From Promethearchaeota archaeon (lineage in GTDB: Archaea > Asgardarchaeota > Lokiarchaeia > Sigyniarchaeales > SOKP01), in NCBI GenBank assembly GCA_019058365.1, contig JAHPZE010000033.1, positions 1 through 42,687 of the forward strand: a stretch of DNA of 42,687 nucleotides, written 5' to 3'. A program made the position numbers and the translations under genes. Shown here piece by piece: positions 9,499-19,738 of the stretch (positions are counted from its first letter, which is position 1; every line of letters begins with the position of its first letter). The notes under the pieces are model-generated. The model was not told the DNA's origin. It made no database searches and was given only the letters and a program-made list of their open reading frames with translations.

Positions 9499-11133
9499 AT
9501 GTCTGTCCACGGAAATCAATATTTGTTACCATTTTTTATCAGAAAAGATTCTCGTCCCCTTTCAATTCAAGGAAATGACGAATTAGCTCTCGCATTTTAT
9601 TTATTATCAAAAGATTTAAGAAAAAATGAAAAGACTATTTCCCTTTCTAAACTTCTTTGGCCTATATTAAGCATTCAAGGAGTAATTAGCACTCACATAA
9701 TGCTAGATGGATTGAATTTGTTTAATGAAAGCGGACGGTTTTCTAATCCCCCTCGACAACCTTTAATAGGCCATATCCTAAGAAATATTGAAAATCGAAC
9801 TAAAGTTGAACAATTAAACATATTAATAGATATCTTATCATATAAAGATAAAGAAGCTGAAGAGATTGGGGAAGGGGAAGAGTCAGAATTTCACACTCTT
9901 AAAATTAATGGTTTAATTAATCCAGAATTTCTCCAATCGCTAATTAAAATTATCCCATTTACTGATTATAAACCTATTGCCGATTATACAGTATTAGATA
10001 CCAGTATTTCTACTGAAAATGCGTTGAATATTTCAGAAGAATATCGGCAGATTATCAATACAATGAAAGGAAATGCTCTAAGATGGAAAACTCAGATTGA
10101 ATTAATTGAGAAGGAAGTAAGTAAATGGGTTATAGAGATAACTGTTCAATTAAAAGATATAAATTCACGCTATTCTAGCCAAATAACTAAAACTTCTTCA
10201 TCAATTGATACATCTCAAGTAGATGAACAAACAAAACTAGAACAAGATAAAATTGATCAATGGAACGTTAATGAGAAGAAAAAGATAATTGAAAACATGT
10301 TTACTTTGTTTAAAACATCTGAAAGATACCTCGAAGAAATTATAAAGAAAAATAAATTCTTTACTGGTGGGGATTCTTTAAAAGCTAGAGTTTTTGAAGA
10401 TATCTTACCTCATTTTGAAACTCAGTTTGCTTATTTAAAAGAGGAGGGTAAAAAGTTTTTAGAATCTCTTGATGAACTTATTCAAAAGTTTAATGAGTTA
10501 AAAGAACGAGCTTCTCAGATTGATAATGAAGCAAATCAAAAATTAACAGAATTTAAGGATTCTTTAGATGGAAAACTAAAAGATAGAAATAAACGTTTAA
10601 CTGAGTTTGAGAGTGAAAAACAAGTAAAAATCTCTGAGTTAGAGAATTCCAAAACTCAAATAGAAGATTTATTCGCAAAAATAAAAAATATTATACAAAT
10701 AAAACATAACAGTTGCTTGCAAGAAGCTCAAGCATTAACAGAATGGTCTCTTAATGATAACCAATCAGATTTATTTTCGAGACCGATACAATGGATTTAT
10801 ATGCCAATATATGCGATGTTTATTGAAGATAAAGATAATATGGAAGAGTATATGAATATTCTTTTCCCAGGATATATCACTGATGACCCAAATGCTATAT
10901 ATGAACATGTTTCTGATGCTTTCATTAGTTTAAAATCCCTAATAAGTGAGAGAATTGAGAATGATATGGCTACTAGATCAAATTTTGAATTTTCATCCGA
11001 ACGGAAAAATTTGATAAAAGATCCGAATCTTAAAAAGAGACTCCAGTTAGGTATTTCAAAATTAAGAGAAAAAATGCTTCTTAATGAAACAATGGAAAGA
11101 ATAATTCGAGATAATTCAAATATTTTAGCATAA
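9499..11133 (+). CDS. Hypothetical protein with long central coiled coil between globular termini
   Basis: Roughly residues 175-420 are heptad-rich (E/K/Q/L). Termini are globular. No Walker A motif seen. Confidence 0.7.
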   Translation: MSVHGNQYLLPFFIRKDSRPLSIQGNDELALAFYLLSKDLRKNEKTISLSKLLWPILSIQGVISTHIMLDGLNLFNESGRFSNPPRQPLIGHILRNIENRTKVEQLNILIDILSYKDKEAEEIGEGEESEFHTLKINGLINPEFLQSLIKIIPFTDYKPIADYTVLDTSISTENALNISEEYRQIINTMKGNALRWKTQIELIEKEVSKWVIEITVQLKDINSRYSSQITKTSSSIDTSQVDEQTKLEQDKIDQWNVNEKKKIIENMFTLFKTSERYLEEIIKKNKFFTGGDSLKARVFEDILPHFETQFAYLKEEGKKFLESLDELIQKFNELKERASQIDNEANQKLTEFKDSLDGKLKDRNKRLTEFESEKQVKISELENSKTQIEDLFAKIKNIIQIKHNSCLQEAQALTEWSLNDNQSDLFSRPIQWIYMPIYAMFIEDKDNMEEYMNILFPGYITDDPNAIYEHVSDAFISLKSLISERIENDMATRSNFEFSSERKNLIKDPNLKKRLQLGISKLREKMLLNETMERIIRDNSNILA

Positions 11134-11156
11134 TTTTATAATTATTTCCTTTAATC

Positions 11157-11840
11157 ATGTCAGAATCACATTTAGAACGGAAAAAAAAATTGGATCTTAA
11201 AAAGAAAAAAATCCGAGCTTTTTTCTTATCTGTTGAAACAAAAAAGAAGAAAAAGTTGGAAGTTGACAAAGCTACAGAAGAACTCTATCAAGATGGCATG
11301 GTTTATATCCAAATGAGGCTTCCTGTAGAGAAGATTACTAAAGAATTTGAGAGTAAATTAAAAGATAAAATAGAACATAATATTATTAAAGCGAAAATCA
11401 GAGAGGCAACCGAAAGTGATTTAGAAACTTTAAAGAACATTTATAATCGTGCCTGGCTACTTTCTAATACTCCCTACAGGCCAATAACTAAAACTGATTT
11501 GAAAAAACTCCTTGATTATCCTGACACTGTTTTTCTTATTGCAAAAGTGTATGGCATTGATGCGGCATTTGTACTTTTAGATTTTGAAGGGGAAAATAAA
11601 GAGATTGCTGTAATTGCCGCTTTAGCAGTTATCCCCCGCTTCCAAAGAAAAGGGGTTGGCACCATTATAGGAATGTCGGCATGGAATTTTTTAAAGCAGA
11701 ATTATAGTAATGTTAAAGAAGTAAGAGCAGAGGTATATAAAGACAACGTTGTTTCATATTCTTTTATTAAAGGAATTGGATTTGAAGAATTTGATAGGAA
11801 AGTTTATAAGAAAGAAGATTTCGAGATTACAAGTGATTAG
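11157..11840 (+). CDS. GNAT family N-acetyltransferase
   Basis: IREATESDL, acetyl-CoA motif A LAVIPRFQRKGVGT and C-terminal N..S..F....GF. Charged N-terminal extension. Confidence 0.88.
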   Translation: MSESHLERKKKLDLKKKKIRAFFLSVETKKKKKLEVDKATEELYQDGMVYIQMRLPVEKITKEFESKLKDKIEHNIIKAKIREATESDLETLKNIYNRAWLLSNTPYRPITKTDLKKLLDYPDTVFLIAKVYGIDAAFVLLDFEGENKEIAVIAALAVIPRFQRKGVGTIIGMSAWNFLKQNYSNVKEVRAEVYKDNVVSYSFIKGIGFEEFDRKVYKKEDFEITSD

Positions 11841-11889
11841 CAATCTCTATTAAAAGAAATAAATTGCATTTTCTCATATAATTTTTATC

Positions 11890-13311
11890 TTAAAATTTTA
11901 ATGATTTTATTTTTTCATTTAATAATTCAGTACTATATTCATCTTTGATTTTCTGATAATACGTCCGAGCCTTTTCGAAATATAAGATGGCATTTTCAAT
12001 CATCCTCTTATTAAGATAAATATCACCCAATTTATGAAGAATTAAAGCACTTTCTTTGATATATGCCAAATCTTCATAAATATCCAATGCTTCTTCGAAG
12101 AGGTTTATTGCTTTTATCTTGTCTTCTTCAAACTCTAAATATATATTTCCTATTTTGACTTTAAGCTCAGCATTTTTGATGTTATCACCAAATTTAAAAA
12201 AGATTTCACACGCTAATTCATAATATTCAATTGCCCTTTCAATATCTCCCTTGGATATATATAACTTTGCTAAGTTTTCTAAGATCTCACCTTCTTTAAT
12301 ATTATCACTTATCTCAAAAATACGAACAGCTTCTAAGCTTTGTATAAATAAATTTTCTGCTTTAGTACTATTATCCTTTAATATGTGTATTTTTCCAAGA
12401 TATAAATAACATTCCCATTCTAATTTTGCTTTAATATAAACCGAAACATGATCTCCTAATTTTTTAATTAACTCTAAGGCTTCATTGAGGTGTTGAGACG
12501 ATTCATCATAGTCTTCTCCTATAAGATAATACAACTTTCCATATTTTATTTCTGTTTGAATTATCCCATAAATATCCTCATCTTCTTTGAAGAATTTTGA
12601 ATTTTTTTCTAAGATTTTTTTAATTCGGTCATAATCATGTAGTAAATAAAGAACTTCCACCAAATTACTAGAAGATTTTATCTCATCAAATATTAAATTT
12701 TCTTGTTGAGACAGTTGAAATGCCTCTTGATAATAATTATATGATTGTTCTAAATCTTTAATTATAAAATACACATTTCCAAGATTGTTTAATATTTTTA
12801 TGATTTTACTTTTATCGTTTAGATCTTTAAGAATTTCTAGAGATCTATTGAAATTATAAATAGTTTGGTCAAAAAATCCATTATCTTCTTGAATTATTCC
12901 GATCTCATTATAGCAAGTAGCGATGTTAAGTAAATCGTTTTCCACTTTAAAATTTTTTAGAGCTAATTCAATGTTTTTTAATGCTTCCGATAAATCTCTT
13001 TTTTTATAATATAAACTTGATTTCTCTAATAATAATGTTCCAGGTATTGGTTCTCCTCGAACTTCTTTACTCTCTAAATTATCATCAATTTTTTTAATTT
13101 TTTGATCGATTTCTTCATTTTTTATAACAAGGTCATCAAATGGATCTTTTTCTTCTTCCAATTCTAAATGATAAATCTCTGGCTTATCATAAGGAAATTT
13201 CACGTTTCTATCCAAAACATCTTCTAGATTTGCAATTAAAGGTTTATTACAATTTCTACAATAAGACCAATGTTCTTCAATTGGAAATCCACAATAAGGG
13301 CATGTTTTCAT
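11890..13311 (-). CDS. Zinc-ribbon plus tetratricopeptide-repeat protein
   Basis: N-terminal CPYCG..YCRNC, followed by many TPR units (e.g. ILNNLGNVYF..A, ILHKLGDIYL..AILYFEKA). Confidence 0.88.
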   Translation of the reverse strand: MKTCPYCGFPIEEHWSYCRNCNKPLIANLEDVLDRNVKFPYDKPEIYHLELEEEKDPFDDLVIKNEEIDQKIKKIDDNLESKEVRGEPIPGTLLLEKSSLYYKKRDLSEALKNIELALKNFKVENDLLNIATCYNEIGIIQEDNGFFDQTIYNFNRSLEILKDLNDKSKIIKILNNLGNVYFIIKDLEQSYNYYQEAFQLSQQENLIFDEIKSSSNLVEVLYLLHDYDRIKKILEKNSKFFKEDEDIYGIIQTEIKYGKLYYLIGEDYDESSQHLNEALELIKKLGDHVSVYIKAKLEWECYLYLGKIHILKDNSTKAENLFIQSLEAVRIFEISDNIKEGEILENLAKLYISKGDIERAIEYYELACEIFFKFGDNIKNAELKVKIGNIYLEFEEDKIKAINLFEEALDIYEDLAYIKESALILHKLGDIYLNKRMIENAILYFEKARTYYQKIKDEYSTELLNEKIKSLKF

Positions 13312-13426
13312 ACGTATAAAAAATTAAAAATATTTAAAATTAAAAAGAAAATAACTTTATTTATAATTATTTAATATTATTTCTGAAAGTAGAGATTTGA
13401 AATTCTAAGAGTTCTATATAAAAAAC

Positions 13427-14137
13427 TCAAATGATACTATGAATAATAGGTATTACTTCAGAGATCTCTCGAATCTCATAATCTGGTTTGATTTTCTTTG
13501 ATTTTTTAGAGAATAAATCATTAAACCAAATGGTATGCATATTACATTCCTTAGCTCCTTTAACATCTGTTTCCAAAATATCTCCAATATGAACGGCGTT
13601 TCTTGGATCACAACCGAGCTTTTTTAAAGCTGTATTGAATAATATTGGATGTGGTTTATAATATCCAATCTCATCAGAGAAAATCTTCACTTGAAAATAT
13701 TGGAGAATATTATATTCTTGAAGTACTTTAATTATAATTCGTCCTGGTGTTATCCCCGTATTGGAAATGAGACCTATTTTATAATCTAAGGATAATGTTT
13801 CTAGTGTTTGTTTGGTTCCTTTTTTCAAAGAGGGAGGATCAATCAACATTACTTCTTCAAATTCCTTCTTAATTAGAGCTTTATCTTTTTTAGATAAGTC
13901 GATTTTAAGAATTTTGAGCACCTTAAATATTCGATCTTCTGTATATATATGATAATTCTCTTTAAAATCACGTTTATTTAAATGAAGGCCAAATTTAAAA
14001 GCATTTTCTACATCAATTTCAGACTGAGAAATACCTCTTTCATTTAAAAATTGAGTAAACCAATGTAATCGCATCTCTGTATAAACCCTATTATTAAATA
14101 TTGTGTTCCATAAATCAAATGTAATAGCTTGAATCAT
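13427..14137 (-). CDS. HAD-superfamily hydrolase (subfamily IA)
   Basis: Motif I FDLWNTI, motif II ISNT, motif III KP and motif IV HIGDILETDVKGA. Confidence 0.92.
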   Translation of the reverse strand: MIQAITFDLWNTIFNNRVYTEMRLHWFTQFLNERGISQSEIDVENAFKFGLHLNKRDFKENYHIYTEDRIFKVLKILKIDLSKKDKALIKKEFEEVMLIDPPSLKKGTKQTLETLSLDYKIGLISNTGITPGRIIIKVLQEYNILQYFQVKIFSDEIGYYKPHPILFNTALKKLGCDPRNAVHIGDILETDVKGAKECNMHTIWFNDLFSKKSKKIKPDYEIREISEVIPIIHSII

Positions 14138-14323
14138 AATTAAGTTTTAAAGTGATTAAGTATGAGTAATTGAACCATCCTATTTTTTTAATGTTTACTT
14201 CTTGCTTCAATAAATATAATATGTCAAAATAATTCGGAATTTTCTAAATTTAAATATAAGTAATAAAAAGGATCATTTTTTTCTATCTTAAAAAAACATA
14301 GAATTTAAAAAAAGTGAGGGATA

Positions 14324-14485
14324 TTGGACGCAAAATTATTTAAAAAAACTTTTCCTTACATTTGTGATGAATGTAAGCAATTCGCTCATACATTACATGA
14401 TTTTTGTGATAAGTGTGGTGCGGATTCTTTAAGAAAAGCTCTTAATGATGATTATAAAAATCATAATAATTCAAAGAAGAAGTAA
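14324..14485 (+). CDS. Small (53 aa) zinc-ribbon protein, not in the ORF track
   Basis: Hand translation from TTG 14324 (preceded by GTGAGGG): MDAKLFKKTFPYICDECKQFAHTLHDFCDKCGADSLRKALNDDYKNHNNSKKK*, containing CxxC-x10-CxxCG. Confidence 0.75.
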   Translation: MDAKLFKKTFPYICDECKQFAHTLHDFCDKCGADSLRKALNDDYKNHNNSKKK

Positions 14486-14536
14486 CAGGTTTGGCTAAAT
14501 AAGTAAATTTTAATTCTCCTAAGTGACATTTCATTT

Positions 14537-15448
14537 TTACTTTTTCTCAAATTTAGTTAATTCTTCAAGAATGTTTTTATCCTGCAATCCCAGTGATTTT
14601 AAAAGAATTTTAAGTTGAATGATGGCATTTTCAGCCCTTATCTCTTTAGCAATATGTAATGCGCGAATAAATTGATTCTTTGCTTCTTTAATTCTTCCCA
14701 AATAGAAAAGTGCTTCACCAATATATCCAAGACCTTTAATGATTAATTCCGCATAATTTGCAGCAATTGCTAAATTAGTCCCTTTCTTGAAATATCTTAC
14801 TACTTCTTCTAAATTATGTTCTTTCTTTTGGAGTATTCCCAAATTGAAATATGTAGTGATTAATCCTTTATTATCTTTAATTTCTTTAAATGCTTTTAAA
14901 GTTTTTTTATATAATTCAAAAACCACATCCCATTTTTCATTTGTTTCATGGATGTAAATTAGATTTCCTAAACAATCTAATAAATTATAAATATCATTAT
15001 TCTCTGAACAGATCGCACTACAATCTAAAAAAATATCACAAGCTTCATCATATTGATTTAATTTTAAAAAGCTATTCCCAATTCCTTTTAAACAAGTGAT
15101 TTGTTCATGAGGTTGTTTTAATTCCTCATAAATATTATATGCTTTTTCGTAAGATTTGATAGAATTATTATAGTCACCTTCTTTATAATGTAAAGTGCCT
15201 AACACACCATAAACTGCTGCTTGGCCTAATCGATCTTTTTGTTTTTTAAAGTGTTTTAAACAAATTATGTAATTTTTCTCTGAGTCTCTAAATTTCTCCA
15301 ATTGTAATTGAATTAAAGCAATATCACTTAATTCTTTAATATAGTTTGAATTTTTGCCAATTTCTTCTAACTCTTTTAAATTTTCCAACTTTTTAGTTAA
15401 TAAATGTTGTAATTCCTCTTTTTTTAACTCAGTTTCATTCTCTGTCAT
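14537..15448 (-). CDS. Tetratricopeptide-repeat protein
   Basis: Consecutive TPR-like units (AAVYGVLGTLHY..G.Y..S...YEKA, TYFNLGILQ, LGYIGEALFYLG...EA...F.RAL). Confidence 0.88.
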   Translation of the reverse strand: MTENETELKKEELQHLLTKKLENLKELEEIGKNSNYIKELSDIALIQLQLEKFRDSEKNYIICLKHFKKQKDRLGQAAVYGVLGTLHYKEGDYNNSIKSYEKAYNIYEELKQPHEQITCLKGIGNSFLKLNQYDEACDIFLDCSAICSENNDIYNLLDCLGNLIYIHETNEKWDVVFELYKKTLKAFKEIKDNKGLITTYFNLGILQKKEHNLEEVVRYFKKGTNLAIAANYAELIIKGLGYIGEALFYLGRIKEAKNQFIRALHIAKEIRAENAIIQLKILLKSLGLQDKNILEELTKFEKK

Positions 15449-15487
15449 AAAATTAATTTAAAAATTGTATTTCCTTTATTTAATTCC

Positions 15488-15922
15488 TTATAATATATCC
15501 TCTAAAATCTTAGCCGAATCCTTTACATACTCAAGACATTTCTTTTCAAAAAAATCATTTTGATCATAATATTCCCTTCCTTCAAGAGTACTAATATCAC
15601 ATCCTAGCAGTTCCTTACAGTTTATAGAGCCATGAATTTTTTGAAATCGATTTGTAAATTCTCTTACAACCTCGTATGTTTTATCTCTTGCTTCTTTATC
15701 TCCAGTTTTACCCATACCATATCTTAAACCAATAACCATAAAAGCCCCCGACACAGTACCACATGTATTCTGCATACGACCCATTCCACCCCCAAATCCT
15801 GTAGCCAATTTTAAAGCTGTATCTTCCTCAAGTCCATATCGAGTAGCAAATGAGCTTAATACTGACTGAGCACAATTAAAATCTCCTCTAAAAGAAGAAA
15901 TAGCTTTTTCGATTCCTGACAT
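15488..15922 (-). CDS. C_GCAxxG_C_C family putative redox-active protein
   Basis: NCAQSV, GFGGGMG, CGTVSG, INCKELLG and KKCLEYV pattern. Confidence 0.9.
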   Translation of the reverse strand: MSGIEKAISSFRGDFNCAQSVLSSFATRYGLEEDTALKLATGFGGGMGRMQNTCGTVSGAFMVIGLRYGMGKTGDKEARDKTYEVVREFTNRFQKIHGSINCKELLGCDISTLEGREYYDQNDFFEKKCLEYVKDSAKILEDIL

Positions 15923-16043
15923 ATTGAATATATCCTATTTTTTATAAGTAATACAAATTAAAGGTATAAGAAATATAAAATTACATGTCTATTATATATC
16001 TAGTGATACAATAAGCAAATAATTTCTGAATAGAGGTAGCATT

Positions 16044-17156
16044 ATGAAATTGAAAGCAAAATTATATGATAAACTAGATGATAAAAAAGTAAAATGTCAT
16101 GTATGTGCTAACGAATGTACAATACTTACTGATAAGGTTGGGATATGTAGAACAAGAAAAAATTTTGATGGAGATTTATACACACTAATTTATGGCTCAA
16201 TGATATCATCTGGTAGTTTAGATCCCATTGAGAAGAAGCCACTGTATAATTTCTGGCCTGGTGCTACAGCATATTCAATTGCATCTATTGGATGTTCTTT
16301 TAAGTGCCAGAATTGTCAAAACTGGTCGATCAGCCAAGCAAATCCAACGGATAATGGAAAAGATGGATTTTATGATCTTCAAGGTTATGAAGGTCGTGGA
16401 ATGTCTCTAGTCGAAATGACACCCGAGCAATTAGAAAGAAAAGTTGTTAAGAGTGGAGCAAAAACTTTAGCTTATACTTATAACGAGCCATTAATATGGC
16501 ATGAATGGATAATAGATACAGTCCCTCTTCTAAAAAAACACGGTATTAAAACAATTTTAGTAACAAATGGTTATTCTACACCCGAAGCAACAAAAGAGTT
16601 AATTGACGTAGGAATTGATGCTGCAAATATCGATATTAAAGCAATGTCGGATGATTTCTATAAAAAAATATGTGGTGTCAAATCAGTTAAACCTGTTTTG
16701 GATACATCTAATCGTTTTAAATCCAACGGAGTTCATGTAGAAATTACTAATTTAATAATACCCGATTTAAACGACAATAAAGAAGATATTCAAAAACTAT
16801 GTACGTGGATAGTGAATAATTTAGGAAAAAATACTCCTATTCACTTTTCTGCATATCACCCTGATTTCAAAATGCCCTCAATGAAACGTACGCCTTATGA
16901 AACATTAAATATGGCTTATAATATTGCTAAGGAAACAGGGGTATATTTCCCATACATAGGAAATATAAACCATGAGGAGGGAAGTAAGACGTATTGTCCA
17001 AATTGTAATCATTTGCTAATAGATCGAAGAGGGTATAACTTTAAAAATATCAATGTCACTGAAGATAATAAATGCCCAAATTGCTCATATGACTTGAATA
17101 ATGATATCATTGGAGAAATAAATAAAAATCCTTCACATAGATTTTCTTTCTTTTAA
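16044..17156 (+). CDS. amrS: AmmeMemoRadiSam system radical SAM enzyme (PFL-activase-like)
   Basis: N-terminal C..C...C......GIC..R.N, DPIEKKPLY.F.PG, radical SAM motif GCSFKCQNCQNW.ISQ, YTYNEP, HVEITNLIIP and C-terminal TYCPNC...LI.R.GY..CPNC. Confidence 0.9.
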   Translation: MKLKAKLYDKLDDKKVKCHVCANECTILTDKVGICRTRKNFDGDLYTLIYGSMISSGSLDPIEKKPLYNFWPGATAYSIASIGCSFKCQNCQNWSISQANPTDNGKDGFYDLQGYEGRGMSLVEMTPEQLERKVVKSGAKTLAYTYNEPLIWHEWIIDTVPLLKKHGIKTILVTNGYSTPEATKELIDVGIDAANIDIKAMSDDFYKKICGVKSVKPVLDTSNRFKSNGVHVEITNLIIPDLNDNKEDIQKLCTWIVNNLGKNTPIHFSAYHPDFKMPSMKRTPYETLNMAYNIAKETGVYFPYIGNINHEEGSKTYCPNCNHLLIDRRGYNFKNINVTEDNKCPNCSYDLNNDIIGEINKNPSHRFSFF

Positions 17157-17187
17157 GTTTAATAAAAGATAAAAAAAATTATGAGAA

Positions 17188-17859
17188 TTAAAAATAACCA
17201 GAAATGCTTACACCAACCACTAGTAACAAAAATCCTTGAATGAAGCAGAAGATTGCGAAGATAACTGCTAATGGTGGCCATGAGATTACTTTTGAGACCG
17301 CCATAAACGCAGACATATAGAATTTTGCGGTGAGCGCAACTATTGCAAATATTATTAGAAATATAATTGCTAAAACTATCTTTGGATTAACAAATACCGC
17401 AATAACATCTACTATTTGTTGGGGGATTGCTAAAGCTATAATAATTACTACTAAAGTAGCAGCTAATACTCCAATTAAACTTGAAAGTGGCATATCGTTT
17501 GCTGGTTTTACAAATGTTAGAACTCCAAAAATAATCAAGAGTATTGAAGTAAACAAATTTCGACTATTCTCAGAAGTAGTAGCATAAGCTACACTAGGTG
17601 GAATATCAAACATCAAACCTGCAACCCCAGAAATTAAAGCTAATATACCTATAATGAATCCTATATAAGTTAGACCTTTTAAGAACTTAGTAACGTTGAA
17701 ATCCCAATCTTCCACCTTCCTTTTCTTGAAGGATTTCCTCCTACTAGTCTCGTAAGCGGCATAAACAAGCCAAATAATTCCTAAAAGGAGCATTAACCAA
17801 CCGCCAAGTTTTCCTAGTGGTTTTAAAATATTTTCTGTAAAATCAAATTGAAAAATCAA
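17188..17859 (-). CDS. Multi-pass membrane protein of unknown function
   Basis: About six hydrophobic segments with a basic loop after TM1. TTG start. Confidence 0.7.
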   Translation of the reverse strand: MIFQFDFTENILKPLGKLGGWLMLLLGIIWLVYAAYETSRRKSFKKRKVEDWDFNVTKFLKGLTYIGFIIGILALISGVAGLMFDIPPSVAYATTSENSRNLFTSILLIIFGVLTFVKPANDMPLSSLIGVLAATLVVIIIALAIPQQIVDVIAVFVNPKIVLAIIFLIIFAIVALTAKFYMSAFMAVSKVISWPPLAVIFAIFCFIQGFLLLVVGVSISGYF

Positions 17860-17968
17860 TTATTTTCACTCTTAAATGTAAATTTAGATTTGTTATTATA
17901 TTGTATATACAAACTTAAAAATATATTTCAAAGGGAGTCCAATAATTCAAAATTAGTATTTATAAGGA

Positions 17969-19654
17969 TTAGCTTATGAAAGAAGTAGTTTTCTTAATGT
18001 AATCCATATAAAACTCAATCTCTTGATTTTTCTTGTTTTCATCCCATAAGTATTCATTTGCCATTAATTCAGCAACTTTGTTAGCAGCTTCAAATGCTTT
18101 TTTATGATGAATCCATAGAGCCATTTCTGTTCGTCTGCAAAATACATCAATTAAATGAGGCGTTAATTCATAACGTAATGTATAAAGTACCTCGGCTTTT
18201 ATAAAATTATTTTCTTCGATAATTCTATCTCCTAATGATGAATCTTCTTTAATTAATTCCAAAATTTTTATAGCCCCTTTTCCATATTGATGATAGATAT
18301 GATCTGCAATATCATTTTCTATTTCTAACTCCGTTTGTTTTAACTCTTTTAGCCAATCTTCTTTTTCAAGTCCAATAATGAAAGGTTGCTTGCTAAAATG
18401 TTTTTCTTTTATAGCATTAAGAAATAAGTTTTCATTTGTTATATGATCAAATACATCTTCAGCCATCGCTCTCCATTCGGTTAATTTACCCCCGGTTATA
18501 GTAAGCAATCCACCTTCAGAGAAAAATATGAAATGTTTACGAGAGACTTCACTCTCCGATTTCCCTTTCTGCATCACTAGTGGTCTTATTCCCGCATATG
18601 TCGATAATATATTTTCATATCCTATCTGAGCATTAGGAAAATAAAATTTAGCGGATTCAATTAAGTAATCAGCATCCTCTTTATTACAATAAGGATTAGC
18701 TAAGTCTCCTTTAAAGTCCGTATCTGTTGTACCGATAATAGTAAATTCTTCATTTCTTGGTAAAATAAAAAATGCTCTATCGTCTTTTTTCGAAAAAACT
18801 ATCGCAGCATTCTGATTATTAATGTATTTCCTTCTATATTGAAGGTGAACTCCTTTCGTTGGACGAATCAAGGGATTAGGTATTTCATCGGGATAAATAT
18901 CGATTAATTGATCAGTCCATATTCCTGTAGCATTTACTACTAATTTAGTTTTTATTTCAAGATCAACATTATTTTCTAAATCAGTGCATTTTACTCCAGT
19001 AATTCTCCCTTTATCTTTTATATAACCATTTACTTTACAGAAATTTACAATAACTGCCCCCCGAATAACAGCTTCTTTAATTATTTCTAAAGTTAGTCTC
19101 GCATCATCTAGATTTGTATCATAATATATTGCTCCACCTAAATTACCCTCTCTTATATATTCCGGTTCTATTTCAAAAACCTCTTCTGGTGAAAGCATCC
19201 GAAATTTCTTATAATTTTTAAATTCTGACTCATTATCGCTTAAAAAATCATAAACCTTTGCTGCACCTTTTATATCACGTATTTTATATTTTCCTCCCTC
19301 TAAATGAACAAATAAGAATGGTATTGGTCGTATAAGGTGGGGTATATGGGCTCTCATCCAATTTCGTTCATGTAATGCTTCCTTTACTAAGTCTAAATCT
19401 CCGTGAGCTATGTATCTAATACCTCCATGTCCAAGTTTTGAACTCCTTGAAGAGGTTCCTGCTGCAAAATCCTGCATGTCTACACACACAACCTTTAATC
19501 CCCTCATGGCTGCTTCTCTAGCAACTCCCGCTCCTGTAACCCCAGCACCTATAATTACTATATCATAATCTGTCTCTTGTAATTTTTTAATCATTTTGTC
19601 CCTATTCATATGATTCCAAGAACGATCAAACAGTTTCTTTTCTAAATCTTCCAT
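17969..19654 (-). CDS. glpD: FAD-dependent glycerol-3-phosphate dehydrogenase/oxidase (GlpD/GlpA family)
   Basis: IIGAGVTGAG, DFAAGTSSRSSKLGHGGIRY, DDARL, NATGIW, PTKGVH, IGTTD, AGIRPL and GGKLT..R.MAE. Start placed at ATG 19654. Confidence 0.92.
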   Translation of the reverse strand: MEDLEKKLFDRSWNHMNRDKMIKKLQETDYDIVIIGAGVTGAGVAREAAMRGLKVVCVDMQDFAAGTSSRSSKLGHGGIRYIAHGDLDLVKEALHERNWMRAHIPHLIRPIPFLFVHLEGGKYKIRDIKGAAKVYDFLSDNESEFKNYKKFRMLSPEEVFEIEPEYIREGNLGGAIYYDTNLDDARLTLEIIKEAVIRGAVIVNFCKVNGYIKDKGRITGVKCTDLENNVDLEIKTKLVVNATGIWTDQLIDIYPDEIPNPLIRPTKGVHLQYRRKYINNQNAAIVFSKKDDRAFFILPRNEEFTIIGTTDTDFKGDLANPYCNKEDADYLIESAKFYFPNAQIGYENILSTYAGIRPLVMQKGKSESEVSRKHFIFFSEGGLLTITGGKLTEWRAMAEDVFDHITNENLFLNAIKEKHFSKQPFIIGLEKEDWLKELKQTELEIENDIADHIYHQYGKGAIKILELIKEDSSLGDRIIEENNFIKAEVLYTLRYELTPHLIDVFCRRTEMALWIHHKKAFEAANKVAELMANEYLWDENKKNQEIEFYMDYIKKTTSFIS

Positions 19655-19738
19655 ATATATCAATTTGAAGAATTATTAAATCTAAATTAATTTTTCTTGA
19701 TATGATAATTTTGCAGAAATATTTATTACAACTTTTTT

